Origin: Escherichia phage VTCCBPA_211
Length of the DNA stretch: 64,000 nt
Sequence record: PP989838.1
Strand: one strand, 5' to 3'
The notes under the pieces were generated by a model. That model was not told where the DNA came from and searched no databases. It saw nothing but the letters and a program-made list of their open reading frames with translations. Shown piece by piece: positions 10,139 to 18,543 of this stretch (position 1 is its first letter; every line of letters begins with the position of its first letter). The translations under genes were made by a program, and so were the position numbers.

Positions 10139-10320
10139 ATAAGTATAAAGTTCTGTTTAAAGATACTAACGACGCTGGTGATATGCGAGCTATGGACCTA
10201 GATGCTGACATGTTTAACTTCTCTGATGGCAAAGTGGCCTTCTTTCAGGGAAGTGAAGCTGTTGCAGTGTTTGAGAGTGCAGCAATCTGCGGTGTAATCA
10301 AAATCTTTATTACAGAGTAA
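10135..10320 (+). CDS. hypothetical protein (61 aa)
   Basis: ORF. Confidence 0.3.
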   Translation: MNKYKVLFKDTNDAGDMRAMDLDADMFNFSDGKVAFFQGSEAVAVFESAAICGVIKIFITE

Positions 10321-10389
10321 TCTGCTTTAGCCTCTTCGAAAGAGGAGGCTAGTTCGGATAAACTAAACAAACCAACAAAGGTATAGATA

Positions 10390-10809
10390 ATGTCAGAAGT
10401 AATTTACGTAGCAACTTATGGTTCTCTTCGTCGCGGTCAAGCTAACTATCTAGTTAATGACCGAGCTGGTGCTAAGTCAATTGGTGAAGGTTGGACTGAA
10501 GACAACTTTGATCTGTTCCGTTATGGTGGTTCCTACTTCCCAAGCATCTCTCTCGCACACAGCAATAACAATAAGCCTGTTCGTGTAGAAGTGTTTGCTA
10601 CTGACAAAGCAGGTCTGGAAGGCCCATATGACCGACTGGAAGGTTACAATAAGCATAGTCCTGAAGATAGTTTCTACAACAGATCTCTGATCAACGTCAA
10701 GATGGATTCAGGGGAGGTTGTTGAATGCTATATCTACCATATCGACGAAGAACAAGATGTTCTGGTTGAATCTGGCGACTGGTCAGAGTATCTGAAAAGT
10801 GAATCTTGA
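10390..10809 (+). CDS. gamma-glutamyl cyclotransferase-like (AIG2/GGCT family) protein
   Basis: N-terminal YVATYGSLRRG motif (YGSL) and size typical of the AIG2/GGCT fold. Confidence 0.5.
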   Translation: MSEVIYVATYGSLRRGQANYLVNDRAGAKSIGEGWTEDNFDLFRYGGSYFPSISLAHSNNNKPVRVEVFATDKAGLEGPYDRLEGYNKHSPEDSFYNRSLINVKMDSGEVVECYIYHIDEEQDVLVESGDWSEYLKSES

Positions 10810-11002
10810 GAAAAGGCAGGCTCTTCGGAGACTTGAAGCCAAGTATTTAATGCTACGGTGCAAAATCAACCGACATGAACGTTTCGTTGAAGCTGCACAA
10901 ACCAAAAACTTTGAATCATCAGTGGAGATGTTCAAGACCCAACTTTCTTTTTATAGGAAAGAACAGGAACAAGTGTGGGATGAAATTCGTTCGTTCTACT
11001 AA
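10799..11002 (+). CDS. hypothetical protein (67 aa)
   Basis: ORF. Confidence 0.3.
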   Translation: MNLEKRQALRRLEAKYLMLRCKINRHERFVEAAQTKNFESSVEMFKTQLSFYRKEQEQVWDEIRSFY

Positions 11003-11028
11003 GCTCAAGGATTCCAAGGAGGAAGAGC

Positions 11029-12276
11029 ATGTCAAAGATCATTTTGGGAGACACAGGTTGTAAGGAATGTATCTCTCATGGTCGTGATAAAACCCACAAC
11101 CACATGATTCTCTTCCGTAACGAAGAGACTGGTGAGGAGTGGGGAAGTTGTAACCGTTGTGGGAATTACGAAGTGTTCGAAAAGGGCACTACACCTACTC
11201 CAAACGAGAAGAAAGAGTTATCCCCTGAAGAGTTGAGAGAAGTCTTAGATGATTGCTTAGAGCTTCCTCAGGGTGAACTTACTCGCCGTTTAATCCCTAA
11301 AGCTGTATCAGAGCGGTTTGAGTGTCGTATTGGCCTCAGTCAAACTGATGGTCAGACACCAGACAGTTACTTCTTTCCTCGTGAACGTGATGGAAACATT
11401 GTCGGATACGAGGTTAAGCTGCTAGATAGTAAGAAGTTCTATTACGTCGGCAGTGTGAAAGAAGCAGATTTGTTCGGTATGGCACAAGCTCAACGTGGAG
11501 ATGTGTACAACAAGAAGCTGTTCATTTTTGAAGACCCGCTATCCTGTATGTCAGGTTTCCATGTCCTTACAGCTTTTACAAATGCAACAAATATTAAACC
11601 AGCATGTGTTTCTTTACCGTTCGGTGCAGGTTCAATCTCTTCTGTGTTGTCTCGTAACCGAGACTTCGTAAATGGTTTTGAGGAGGTTGTGCTCTGCATG
11701 GACAACGATGATGCAGGTGAGATAGCTTTAACAAAAGGTCGTTCTTTATTCCCTCATGTTAAGTTTGCTCGTATTCCTAAAGGAACTTTCCCATACAACG
11801 GTGTGGAGAAAGAGATTAAGGATGCGAATGACATGCTTCTGTCTGGTCGTGGTCAAGAGTTATTCAACATTCTCAAGTACTCAGCAAAGCGGGAATCTCC
11901 TGCTGGAGCTGTAACAATCTTTGATTGTCTTGATGATGCTCTGAAGAAAGCGGAGTGGGGTATCCCATATCCGTGGAAGACTCTGAATGAGATGACCTTC
12001 GGTATTCGATGGGGAGAGGTGGTAGCAATTGGTGGTGGAGTAGGGAGTGGTAAAACACTCATTGCTCACGAGCTGGTTGCTCATCTGTGCTTAGAGCATG
12101 GTTTTAATGGAGGTGGCTTCTTCTTGGAAGAGAAGGTAGGCATGTCTGTTAAGAACATTGCTGGTAAGTCAGCATCAATTCCTTTCCACCGACCTGATGT
12201 TGAATATGATGAGGAGGATTTGCGTAATGAAGCACTTCGTTATGCAGACAAATTCTTCTTGTATGACAACTTCGGT
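11029..12276 (+). CDS. DNA primase-helicase (T7 gp4-like), exon 1
   Basis: N-terminal Zn finger CKEC...CNRC, TOPRIM-like VVLCMDNDDAG, Walker A GGGVGSGKT; ends at YDNFG, matching T7 gp4 HLYDSFA; strong AAGGAGGA SD. Confidence 0.8.
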
Positions 12277-12997
12277 TAACACAATGGCCGAAGTAAAACT
12301 AGGTGAATTCAGGGAAAGCTAAGTCGAAAGATATGCCAATCCTGAGCGAAGCCCTTCTCCTCCTATAGCACAAGGAGGTAATTCATGAAACGAATCACAG
12401 GATACGAAAACTACACCATTTCTGAAAACGGTGAGGTTTTTAATAACAGAGGTGCTCAATTAAAACCTTTTGTGAATAAAGGCAGAAATGAGTACTTGAG
12501 AGTGACACTAAGCTGTAGAGGGAAATCTAAACATTTTCTTGTTCACAGATTGGTTGCTCAAGAATACCTTAAAGATTTTAACCCGAATCTCCAAGTAGAC
12601 CACATGGATGGTGACAGTAGAAACAACCACCACTCAAACCTCCAAATGGTTACTTGCAAAGAAAATAACTCACTTGCTTCACAAAGAGAGTGGGAAAAGG
12701 GTGGTAATCAAAAACATTCTGATGATACAGTAAGGGAGGCCATAAGGCTTTCTCTAGATATGTCAACAGATAAGGTTGGGGAATTACTAGGTATCTCAGG
12801 GAGACAAGTCAGACGATACAGAAGTTTGACAAGTCGAAGATTTGTTGGAGAAGGGAACGTGCAGAGACTATCCGAAAGGAGTACACTGGAAGCTAATGAC
12901 AGTGGAAGCGCCTAGCCCCTTAACAGGGTGATGATATAGTCCAATCCCGTGGGAAACTGCGGGCAGTAGCCATGATGCTACGGGTAAAGGAGTTGCG
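12277..12997 (+). mobile_element. group I intron in the primase-helicase gene
   Basis: P1: exon end CTTCGGT pairs with internal guide GGCCGAAG including the U-G wobble at the splice site; P4-like TCAGGGAAAG / AATCCTGA; R-like CAGAGACTA and S-like GATGATATAGTCC; G at 12997 before the in-frame exon 2. Confidence 0.6.
12385..12915 (+). CDS. HNH homing endonuclease (intron-encoded)
   Basis: HNH-family motifs (FLVHRLVAQEYL ... DHMDGDSRNNHHSNLQ); sits inside the intron with an AAGGAGGT SD. Confidence 0.8.
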   Translation: MKRITGYENYTISENGEVFNNRGAQLKPFVNKGRNEYLRVTLSCRGKSKHFLVHRLVAQEYLKDFNPNLQVDHMDGDSRNNHHSNLQMVTCKENNSLASQREWEKGGNQKHSDDTVREAIRLSLDMSTDKVGELLGISGRQVRRYRSLTSRRFVGEGNVQRLSERSTLEANDSGSA

Positions 12998-13558
12998 TCC
13001 TTTATTGAATTATTGCAAAATGAATGGGAAGACATTAAACAGTGTATCCGTTTCTGGGTAGTTGAAAACCAGTGTAAGTTCATCATCCTTGATAACATTA
13101 CCGCTCTGGTGTCTCATTTAACACCTTCAGAGATTAACACTGAAATCAGTAAGATTGCTTCCGAGCTTGCTGGTATGTGTAAAGAGTTAGACTTTACCGC
13201 TTTCGTGCTATCTCACCTTAATGCTCCGGCAGGTGGTGCTCCTCATGAAGAAGGTGGACAGGTACGTGAAGTACAGTTCACTGGCTCTCGTTCTCTTATG
13301 CGTTGGTGTCAGTGTATCATTGGCTTTGAGCGTGACAAGCAAGCTGACGGCTTAGCTAAGAACCTCTCAGTCATTCGATTACTGAAAGAACGTAACTACG
13401 GTCAGACAGGTGTATGTTATACTAAGTATATCAGTGAAACCGGTAGACTTGTAGAAAGGGAAGACTTTGAAGTTGATGAAGATAATCCATTCGTTTTAAC
13501 TAACGGAGAGGATGCAGCTTCTCTCGTCAACCAAGCAGATGGAGCTTCACCGTGGTAA
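12998..13558 (+). CDS. DNA primase-helicase, exon 2 (helicase C-terminal part)
   Basis: [14 protein letters not shown] (Walker B-like, compare T7 DVIILDHISIV) and downstream helicase motifs; reading frame is open upstream of the track start; exon start inferred from the splice prediction. Confidence 0.7.
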   Translation, partial: SFIELLQNEWEDIKQCIRFWVVENQCKFIILDNITALVSHLTPSEINTEISKIASELAGMCKELDFTAFVLSHLNAPAGGAPHEEGGQVREVQFTGSRSLMRWCQCIIGFERDKQADGLAKNLSVIRLLKERNYGQTGVCYTKYISETGRLVEREDFEVDEDNPFVLTNGEDAASLVNQADGASPW

Positions 13559-14109
13559 AGAAAAAGAAGAAAGTGTTTGCATTCGATATCGAGAGTAATG
13601 CACTGTACGATGACATAACTAAAGTATGGTGTATTTATATCTTCGATGTTGAAACTGGTGAAAGGTGGGGCTATCGGCCTCACCAAATTGAAGATGGGAT
13701 TCGTAAACTTACAGAAGCAGATGTACTGGTGGGTCACAATATTATTGACTTCGACCTTTGTGCTCTGAAGAAGATGTATCCCAATCTGATTAACTATCGT
13801 TTTAACGTCTTCGACACTTTATGTCTTAGTCGATATCTTAAACCTGACCGTATTGGTGACAGTCCTGAGTATCCGAAAGGCGACCCTAGACGTGGCCCAA
13901 GAGGTCATGGTTTGAAGCAGTGGGGTGAGTTCTTAGGAGAGCTTAAGGGCGATTATGGTGAGCAAGAGGAAGCATGGGATGCTTTCACTGAAGATATGTT
14001 TACTTATTGTGAACAGGACGTTAACTTAACTGTTAAGGTTTATCTTTTCTTGTGTGAGCTCACGGGATTTGACCCTTACGACCCACCTTCATTATATTGG
14101 AAAATGTAA
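13552..14109 (+). CDS. DNA polymerase I family 3'-5' exonuclease domain protein (separately encoded)
   Basis: Exo I FDIESN, Exo [12 protein letters not shown], Exo III YCEQDV; collinear with the T7 DNA polymerase N-terminus; ends in a stop after the exo domain. Confidence 0.75.
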   Translation: MVKKKKKVFAFDIESNALYDDITKVWCIYIFDVETGERWGYRPHQIEDGIRKLTEADVLVGHNIIDFDLCALKKMYPNLINYRFNVFDTLCLSRYLKPDRIGDSPEYPKGDPRRGPRGHGLKQWGEFLGELKGDYGEQEEAWDAFTEDMFTYCEQDVNLTVKVYLFLCELTGFDPYDPPSLYWKM

Positions 14110-14110
14110 A

Positions 14111-15481
14111 ATGATTGTTATCCCGATTAACCAAATTGAAGATAAGGTTGCTCAACAACCTGATATCACTGTTGGTCGTCACTTCATTGAACAGTTGATT
14201 AACAACAATTTAGTTCCAGACGGTATCTGTCCCATCATTACTGGTGGGGCTGTTCGTGATGCTGTTCTTAACAATATAGCACCACATGACATTGATATCT
14301 TTATTGTCAGAGGGCAGCTTCCTGCTGGTAGAAACACTTTCACATCAACTGACCGTTGGCAAGCTCTTGGAAGAGAGATTGAAAGTAATGTGAAGGAATG
14401 GCTAGAGTCGCAAGATATTGAGTATTCATCACTTCTTGCTGAAGCTACAAACGAATCCTATGCGGGGGGTTCTCAATTAACATTCACTGATATTATTGAG
14501 TTTCAGTGGAATGGGGTTCGTATCCAATTCATGTTTAATTATCCTACTTCTATTGAAGAGATATTGGATAATTTTCCTATGATGTGCCGTGGTGCGATGA
14601 CTCTTGACAACCTATTCATGACTCCTCATGGATATTTGGCTATGACCGCTCCTTGCCCGGTGGTTGTTTCTAGTCGTGAAATCAGATACGTTCACAAAAA
14701 GTGGCCTAATTCACAAGTGTTAAGATTCTCAGCTCCATCTGTTGCATATCAATATATGGCCCAAACTCGATACCTTCCTACACCTCAGCCAGTTAGTCAT
14801 CTGGTTAGTGGATTAGGTCAGGTTTCTCTTATTGAGGATACAACAAGTGCTCAATATTGTGTTAACCGAGACATGAGTCTATTCTTTGGAATCCCTTATG
14901 AAGAGATTCTATTAATGTCAAGCGTTCACGGGTCTGGTCAGATTAGTGCGTATTGGTCTGAAGGGTTGACAAATTTAACGACTAACACGGGTGGTGATCT
15001 GCTTGGTCGAGAAGATGAACCTAACCGACACAATGCAATTGAAGGGGTTTTTGTAGCCCCTGCAATGCGTAGAGCACAAGAGTCACGAAGAGTAAGCCCT
15101 ACTCGTAGAGCATCTTTTGAAGAAGCTCTCGGTGTTACAAGTGATTCTATGGAGCGATGGATGGCTAGACCCTCTCGTGGTCGACCAAATGGTTTAACTG
15201 TTAGCGCACGTCAGTTCTCTGGTCAGGGTTTTGCTGTCGGTGATATCAACGCACCTGTTAGGGCTGTGTGGACTGATGAAGGTGTGGCCCAAGATGTGGT
15301 AGGCAGTCTCTCCGATCTTGATACTCCTTCTCATGAGGAACTCGCTGAGGCTGTCAGCCGCAATCTCGCTGATCGCTTTATTACTAACAACCCTGAAGTA
15401 TTAGAACCTCAAACCCGTACAGTTCGGTTTGCTGATGAAGCGGGTCGTGGAATCTCTTTTGACGTAGAAACAAATAACTAA
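14111..15481 (+). CDS. nucleotidyltransferase (CCA-adding enzyme / poly(A) polymerase head-domain-like)
   Basis: GGAVRDAVL...PHDIDIFIV matches the GGxVRD...DxD signature of class-II tRNA nucleotidyltransferases; ATG at 14111. Confidence 0.45.
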   Translation: MIVIPINQIEDKVAQQPDITVGRHFIEQLINNNLVPDGICPIITGGAVRDAVLNNIAPHDIDIFIVRGQLPAGRNTFTSTDRWQALGREIESNVKEWLESQDIEYSSLLAEATNESYAGGSQLTFTDIIEFQWNGVRIQFMFNYPTSIEEILDNFPMMCRGAMTLDNLFMTPHGYLAMTAPCPVVVSSREIRYVHKKWPNSQVLRFSAPSVAYQYMAQTRYLPTPQPVSHLVSGLGQVSLIEDTTSAQYCVNRDMSLFFGIPYEEILLMSSVHGSGQISAYWSEGLTNLTTNTGGDLLGREDEPNRHNAIEGVFVAPAMRRAQESRRVSPTRRASFEEALGVTSDSMERWMARPSRGRPNGLTVSARQFSGQGFAVGDINAPVRAVWTDEGVAQDVVGSLSDLDTPSHEELAEAVSRNLADRFITNNPEVLEPQTRTVRFADEAGRGISFDVETNN

Positions 15482-15490
15482 GGAATAAGA

Positions 15491-16024
15491 ATGAGTTTAC
15501 TAGGAAGTATTGAACTGCACGATGTAATTGACAATGGCTATCTGAATGCGGAGCATAAATATGTTAACGCTGCTAGTGTGGATATCCGTATTGGTGATAC
15601 TATCCTTGTTGAAGAACAGGCTGATGGCATCGTTGATATTGATGCGAAAGAGAATCTTCAGTGGAAGGAAGTAAAGATTCCTGAAGAGGGTTTGGTTATC
15701 ACTCCGGGTCAGTTCTTCTTGGCTCACTCCATGGAGGAGTTTAATCTTCCAGATAACATCTCAAGTCTGTTTGTCCTACGTTCATCTATGGCTCGTTGTG
15801 GTTTGAACCACCTCCACGCCGGGTGGGCAGACGCAGGGTTTAACAGCAGTAAGCTGACATTTGAGTTCCATAACGTAACCAAGCATCATAGCTTACGAGT
15901 TCGTGCTGGTATGCGTGTTGGTCAGATGGTGATGTTTGAGCACTCTCATGCAGGGGAACATTCCTATGCAGTGAAGGGTCGTTATAATAACTCTGAAGGT
16001 GTAGTTGCATCTAAAGGTGTGTAA
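15491..16024 (+). CDS. dcd: dCTP deaminase family protein
   Basis: SVDIRIG, LRSSMARCGL, GWADAGFNSSKLTFEFHN, GMRVGQMVMFE and C-terminal VVASKGV align with E. coli Dcd. Confidence 0.65.
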   Translation: MSLLGSIELHDVIDNGYLNAEHKYVNAASVDIRIGDTILVEEQADGIVDIDAKENLQWKEVKIPEEGLVITPGQFFLAHSMEEFNLPDNISSLFVLRSSMARCGLNHLHAGWADAGFNSSKLTFEFHNVTKHHSLRVRAGMRVGQMVMFEHSHAGEHSYAVKGRYNNSEGVVASKGV

Positions 16025-16231
16025 ATGACTGAAGAAGAGTTCCAAGAACTGAAAGGTTTGACTACCGAGGTTCAATTAAAAGCTATGACATTTGGTCGAG
16101 CATGTCATCGATTTGATACTTGTGATGAAAGCAGTAAAGAAGCTTGTAAGAGTTATATGGATAAGAAGCACCTTGAATGGGGTAAAGCTTCTAATGATCT
16201 TTATGACTACATGAAGGGTTTAGTAAAATGA
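16025..16231 (+). CDS. hypothetical protein (68 aa)
   Basis: ORF. Confidence 0.35.
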   Translation: MTEEEFQELKGLTTEVQLKAMTFGRACHRFDTCDESSKEACKSYMDKKHLEWGKASNDLYDYMKGLVK

Positions 16232-16425
16232 AAAAGTGGATTGTTCGTGTACATGATAACACGACTGGAGAGTTAGTAGCTGTAGATTTTGTTAATACTC
16301 GAGACCACGCCCGTAGGGTCAAAAACCAATACAAGTCTACTTTTAGACTCAATAAGGTTACAATAGGAAAAGCTTTCGTAAACAGTGAAGGTGCTTTTCT
16401 TTCCAATAGTAAGGTTTATTATTAA
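16228..16425 (+). CDS. small paralogous protein family member A (65 aa)
   Basis: Shares W..., TR..AR..KK and C-terminal YY pattern with the next two ORFs and with 18319..18528. Confidence 0.45.
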   Translation: MKKWIVRVHDNTTGELVAVDFVNTRDHARRVKNQYKSTFRLNKVTIGKAFVNSEGAFLSNSKVYY

Positions 16426-16634
16426 TGAGACCAATCACTATGAGAAAATTTTGGTTAGCAAAGATTGAGTGGGCATCAGGTGGCATGACTATGACTGCAC
16501 TACCCACTCGCCAACAAGCTCGAGATTTTAAAAAGACTATGCTTACTGGTGACGTGGTCAATAGTATCAGTATCCATAAGGCCAAGGAGTATTCTTCTGG
16601 TCGTGTTTATATCAGCGGAAAGGTGCATTACTAA
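16425..16634 (+). CDS. small paralogous protein family member B (69 aa)
   Basis: Paralog pattern; start overlaps upstream stop (TAATGA). Confidence 0.45.
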   Translation: MRPITMRKFWLAKIEWASGGMTMTALPTRQQARDFKKTMLTGDVVNSISIHKAKEYSSGRVYISGKVHY

Positions 16635-16843
16635 TGAAAAAGATGTGGGCTATTCATGTTGTTTGGGATCTTGAGCAACACATGAGAAAAGATAGCATCA
16701 AATTGTTTGACACTCGCAAAGAGGCTCGTATTGCTAAGAAACAGTTGAAGACTCTGGGCACAATAGTAAAAAGCGCTGACATACATCGCTGGTATGAAGG
16801 CCCTAACACTGGTTCTTTTATGTCTAAAGTAATTTACTACTGA
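16634..16843 (+). CDS. small paralogous protein family member C (69 aa)
   Basis: Paralog pattern; coupled start. Confidence 0.45.
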   Translation: MKKMWAIHVVWDLEQHMRKDSIKLFDTRKEARIAKKQLKTLGTIVKSADIHRWYEGPNTGSFMSKVIYY

Positions 16844-16867
16844 TTGGTAGTAGATATGATAACTCTC

Positions 16868-16876
16868 AAATGTATA
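16868..16876 (+). promoter_or_regulatory. promoter-like motif AAATGTATA (near-consensus TAATGTATA)
   Basis: In intergenic region about 40 nt upstream of the ATG at 16916. Confidence 0.4.
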
Positions 16877-16915
16877 TAGAGTACAATAAGAATTTGTATT
16901 TTACAGGAGAGAGTT

Positions 16916-17245
16916 ATGTTAGATTTGAGTAAAGTGGCCCCGCCCACTGAAGAGATTACAAAATCCAAGGTGATGCAACAGTTTTATCATCGTGATATGC
17001 TTGGTCGCTTTATCAAGAATCGTGATGTTGTTGCTTGGTCTATTGGTAATCAGGGGTATCTGTTGAAGGTTCTTCAGGTTACAGGTTCAACTGCTAAGCG
17101 AGTTAAGGTGTATGACCCTGAAATGGGGCGTTCTAAGTCAGTAGACCCACAGAACTGCATCGTAATTACCCAGCAGGTAATGGATAATATTGCACGTAAC
17201 GTTGCTAACTCAGTTGAACTTGATGGAGAAAACCCAAATGCATAA
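16916..17245 (+). CDS. hypothetical protein (109 aa)
   Basis: ORF downstream of a promoter-like AAATGTATA motif. Confidence 0.4.
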   Translation: MLDLSKVAPPTEEITKSKVMQQFYHRDMLGRFIKNRDVVAWSIGNQGYLLKVLQVTGSTAKRVKVYDPEMGRSKSVDPQNCIVITQQVMDNIARNVANSVELDGENPNA

Positions 17246-17801
17246 GAATGTCTTTGATTTACCTGAGATTGGTCGTGACAGTTATAGCATGTTAGACCGG
17301 TCCGACCTATCAATCTCTCGCCTTGAAACGATGCAAGGTATGATTAGTGGAAACAGCCTAGAACACATCCTGAGCTGCTTACAAGCTAACATGGAACTCT
17401 TGCATATCAAAGCTAAAAACTACCACTGGAACGTCTCTGGTGCAGGATTTCAGGGTGTTCATGGTATGTTTGACGAGCTGGAAGATTACGCACGACAGGT
17501 AGGAGATCGTATTGCTGAACGTATGCGTTACCACTGTGTTAAAGTGGATGCTACAGCAGCTAACTACCTCTCTCATGCTTGGTTCTCAGAGGGTAATGCT
17601 GATCTAGACATGGACGGTATGCTCTCTGATATGTGCATGACCTTGATGTGTATTATTGAGAAGATGGATGAGTTTGATGGCGATTTAGCCACCTACCCTG
17701 TCGATCAGAGTATGCTTCAAGAAATTAATGAAGGTCTTGGCAAGTATTGCTACTTCGTCAAGAGCAACATGTCCCACTCAAGTGGTGATGTGTCTTACTA
17801 A
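17238..17801 (+). CDS. Dps-like ferritin-fold protein
   Basis: LHIKAKNYHWNVSGAGFQGVHGMFDELEDYARQVGDRIAERM matches the Dps signature; ATG at 17238 with GGAGA SD. Confidence 0.6.
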   Translation: MHKNVFDLPEIGRDSYSMLDRSDLSISRLETMQGMISGNSLEHILSCLQANMELLHIKAKNYHWNVSGAGFQGVHGMFDELEDYARQVGDRIAERMRYHCVKVDATAANYLSHAWFSEGNADLDMDGMLSDMCMTLMCIIEKMDEFDGDLATYPVDQSMLQEINEGLGKYCYFVKSNMSHSSGDVSY

Positions 17802-17861
17802 AACCTCCGCCCTGTCTCCTAACCCGAGGTGGGGCGAACTTATTTATAAGGATATAGATAT

Positions 17862-18041
17862 ATGTTATCAGCAATCGTATGGGGTATTTGGGCTATCTTT
17901 ATTGGTGGTGGTATTTATTGGGCTTCTGGTAAGCTTATTGAAGAAACCCCTGATAAGAAAGGTGAGATTCAAACAGCATCAACTATCATGGTTATCGTAG
18001 CTGTTGTTATCCCATTCCTGCTTCACCTCCTGACTGCATAA
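17862..18041 (+). CDS. small two-helix membrane protein (59 aa)
   Basis: Two hydrophobic segments (AIVWGIWAIFIGGGIYWA and IMVIVAVVIPFLLHLL); preferred over the overlapping 17728..18000 frame, which runs into the Dps gene. Confidence 0.3.
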   Translation: MLSAIVWGIWAIFIGGGIYWASGKLIEETPDKKGEIQTASTIMVIVAVVIPFLLHLLTA

Positions 18042-18049
18042 GGATTTAC

Positions 18050-18322
18050 ATGACTAAAGTAATTAAGTTTTATAGTGATCAGTGTGCTCCATGTAAAGCA
18101 ATGGCTCCTACCTTTGAGAAGGTTGTTAAGGAGTTTGATGTAGAAGTGGAAGAGATTAACATCCTTGAAGGTGATGGTCGTGAACAAGCTGTTAAGTATG
18201 GTGTACGAAGTATCCCTGCTTTCGTTGTACCTGACCGTAACAGTGGTGCACACTACAGCCTCTCTGGTATGCAGACCGAAGCAAACCTGAAAGCATTCTT
18301 AACTACTGCCCTAGGTGTTTGA
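18050..18322 (+). CDS. thioredoxin
   Basis: CAPC active-site motif in a thioredoxin-sized protein (90 aa). Confidence 0.7.
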   Translation: MTKVIKFYSDQCAPCKAMAPTFEKVVKEFDVEVEEINILEGDGREQAVKYGVRSIPAFVVPDRNSGAHYSLSGMQTEANLKAFLTTALGV

Positions 18323-18528
18323 TTATGAAAAAATATTGGACGGTGGTATATTACCTCTACCAAGACCCGGCTATACCTGTTACAGAGCACTTTGCTACTC
18401 GTAAAGATGCTCGCCGTTTTAAGAAGGCTCTTAAGATGGCCCCAAAGATTTATAGTAAAGTAAGCTTACATAAATCAACATTGTCAGAGATGGGAACCTT
18501 AGTGGTTTATTATGTAAAAGAATATTAA
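18319..18528 (+). CDS. small paralogous protein family member D (69 aa)
   Basis: Same pattern as 16228-16843 ORFs (TRKDARRFKK ... VVYY). Confidence 0.45.
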   Translation: MIMKKYWTVVYYLYQDPAIPVTEHFATRKDARRFKKALKMAPKIYSKVSLHKSTLSEMGTLVVYYVKEY

Positions 18529-18543
18529 TAAGGAAATTCACGG

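Noticed and set aside
17728-18000. 90-aa track ORF overlapping the end of the Dps-like gene
   Set aside because: Overlaps the Dps-like gene by about 70 nt in another frame; the alternative 17862..18041 frame has a ribosome-binding site and encodes a clean two-helix membrane protein. Both remain uncertain.
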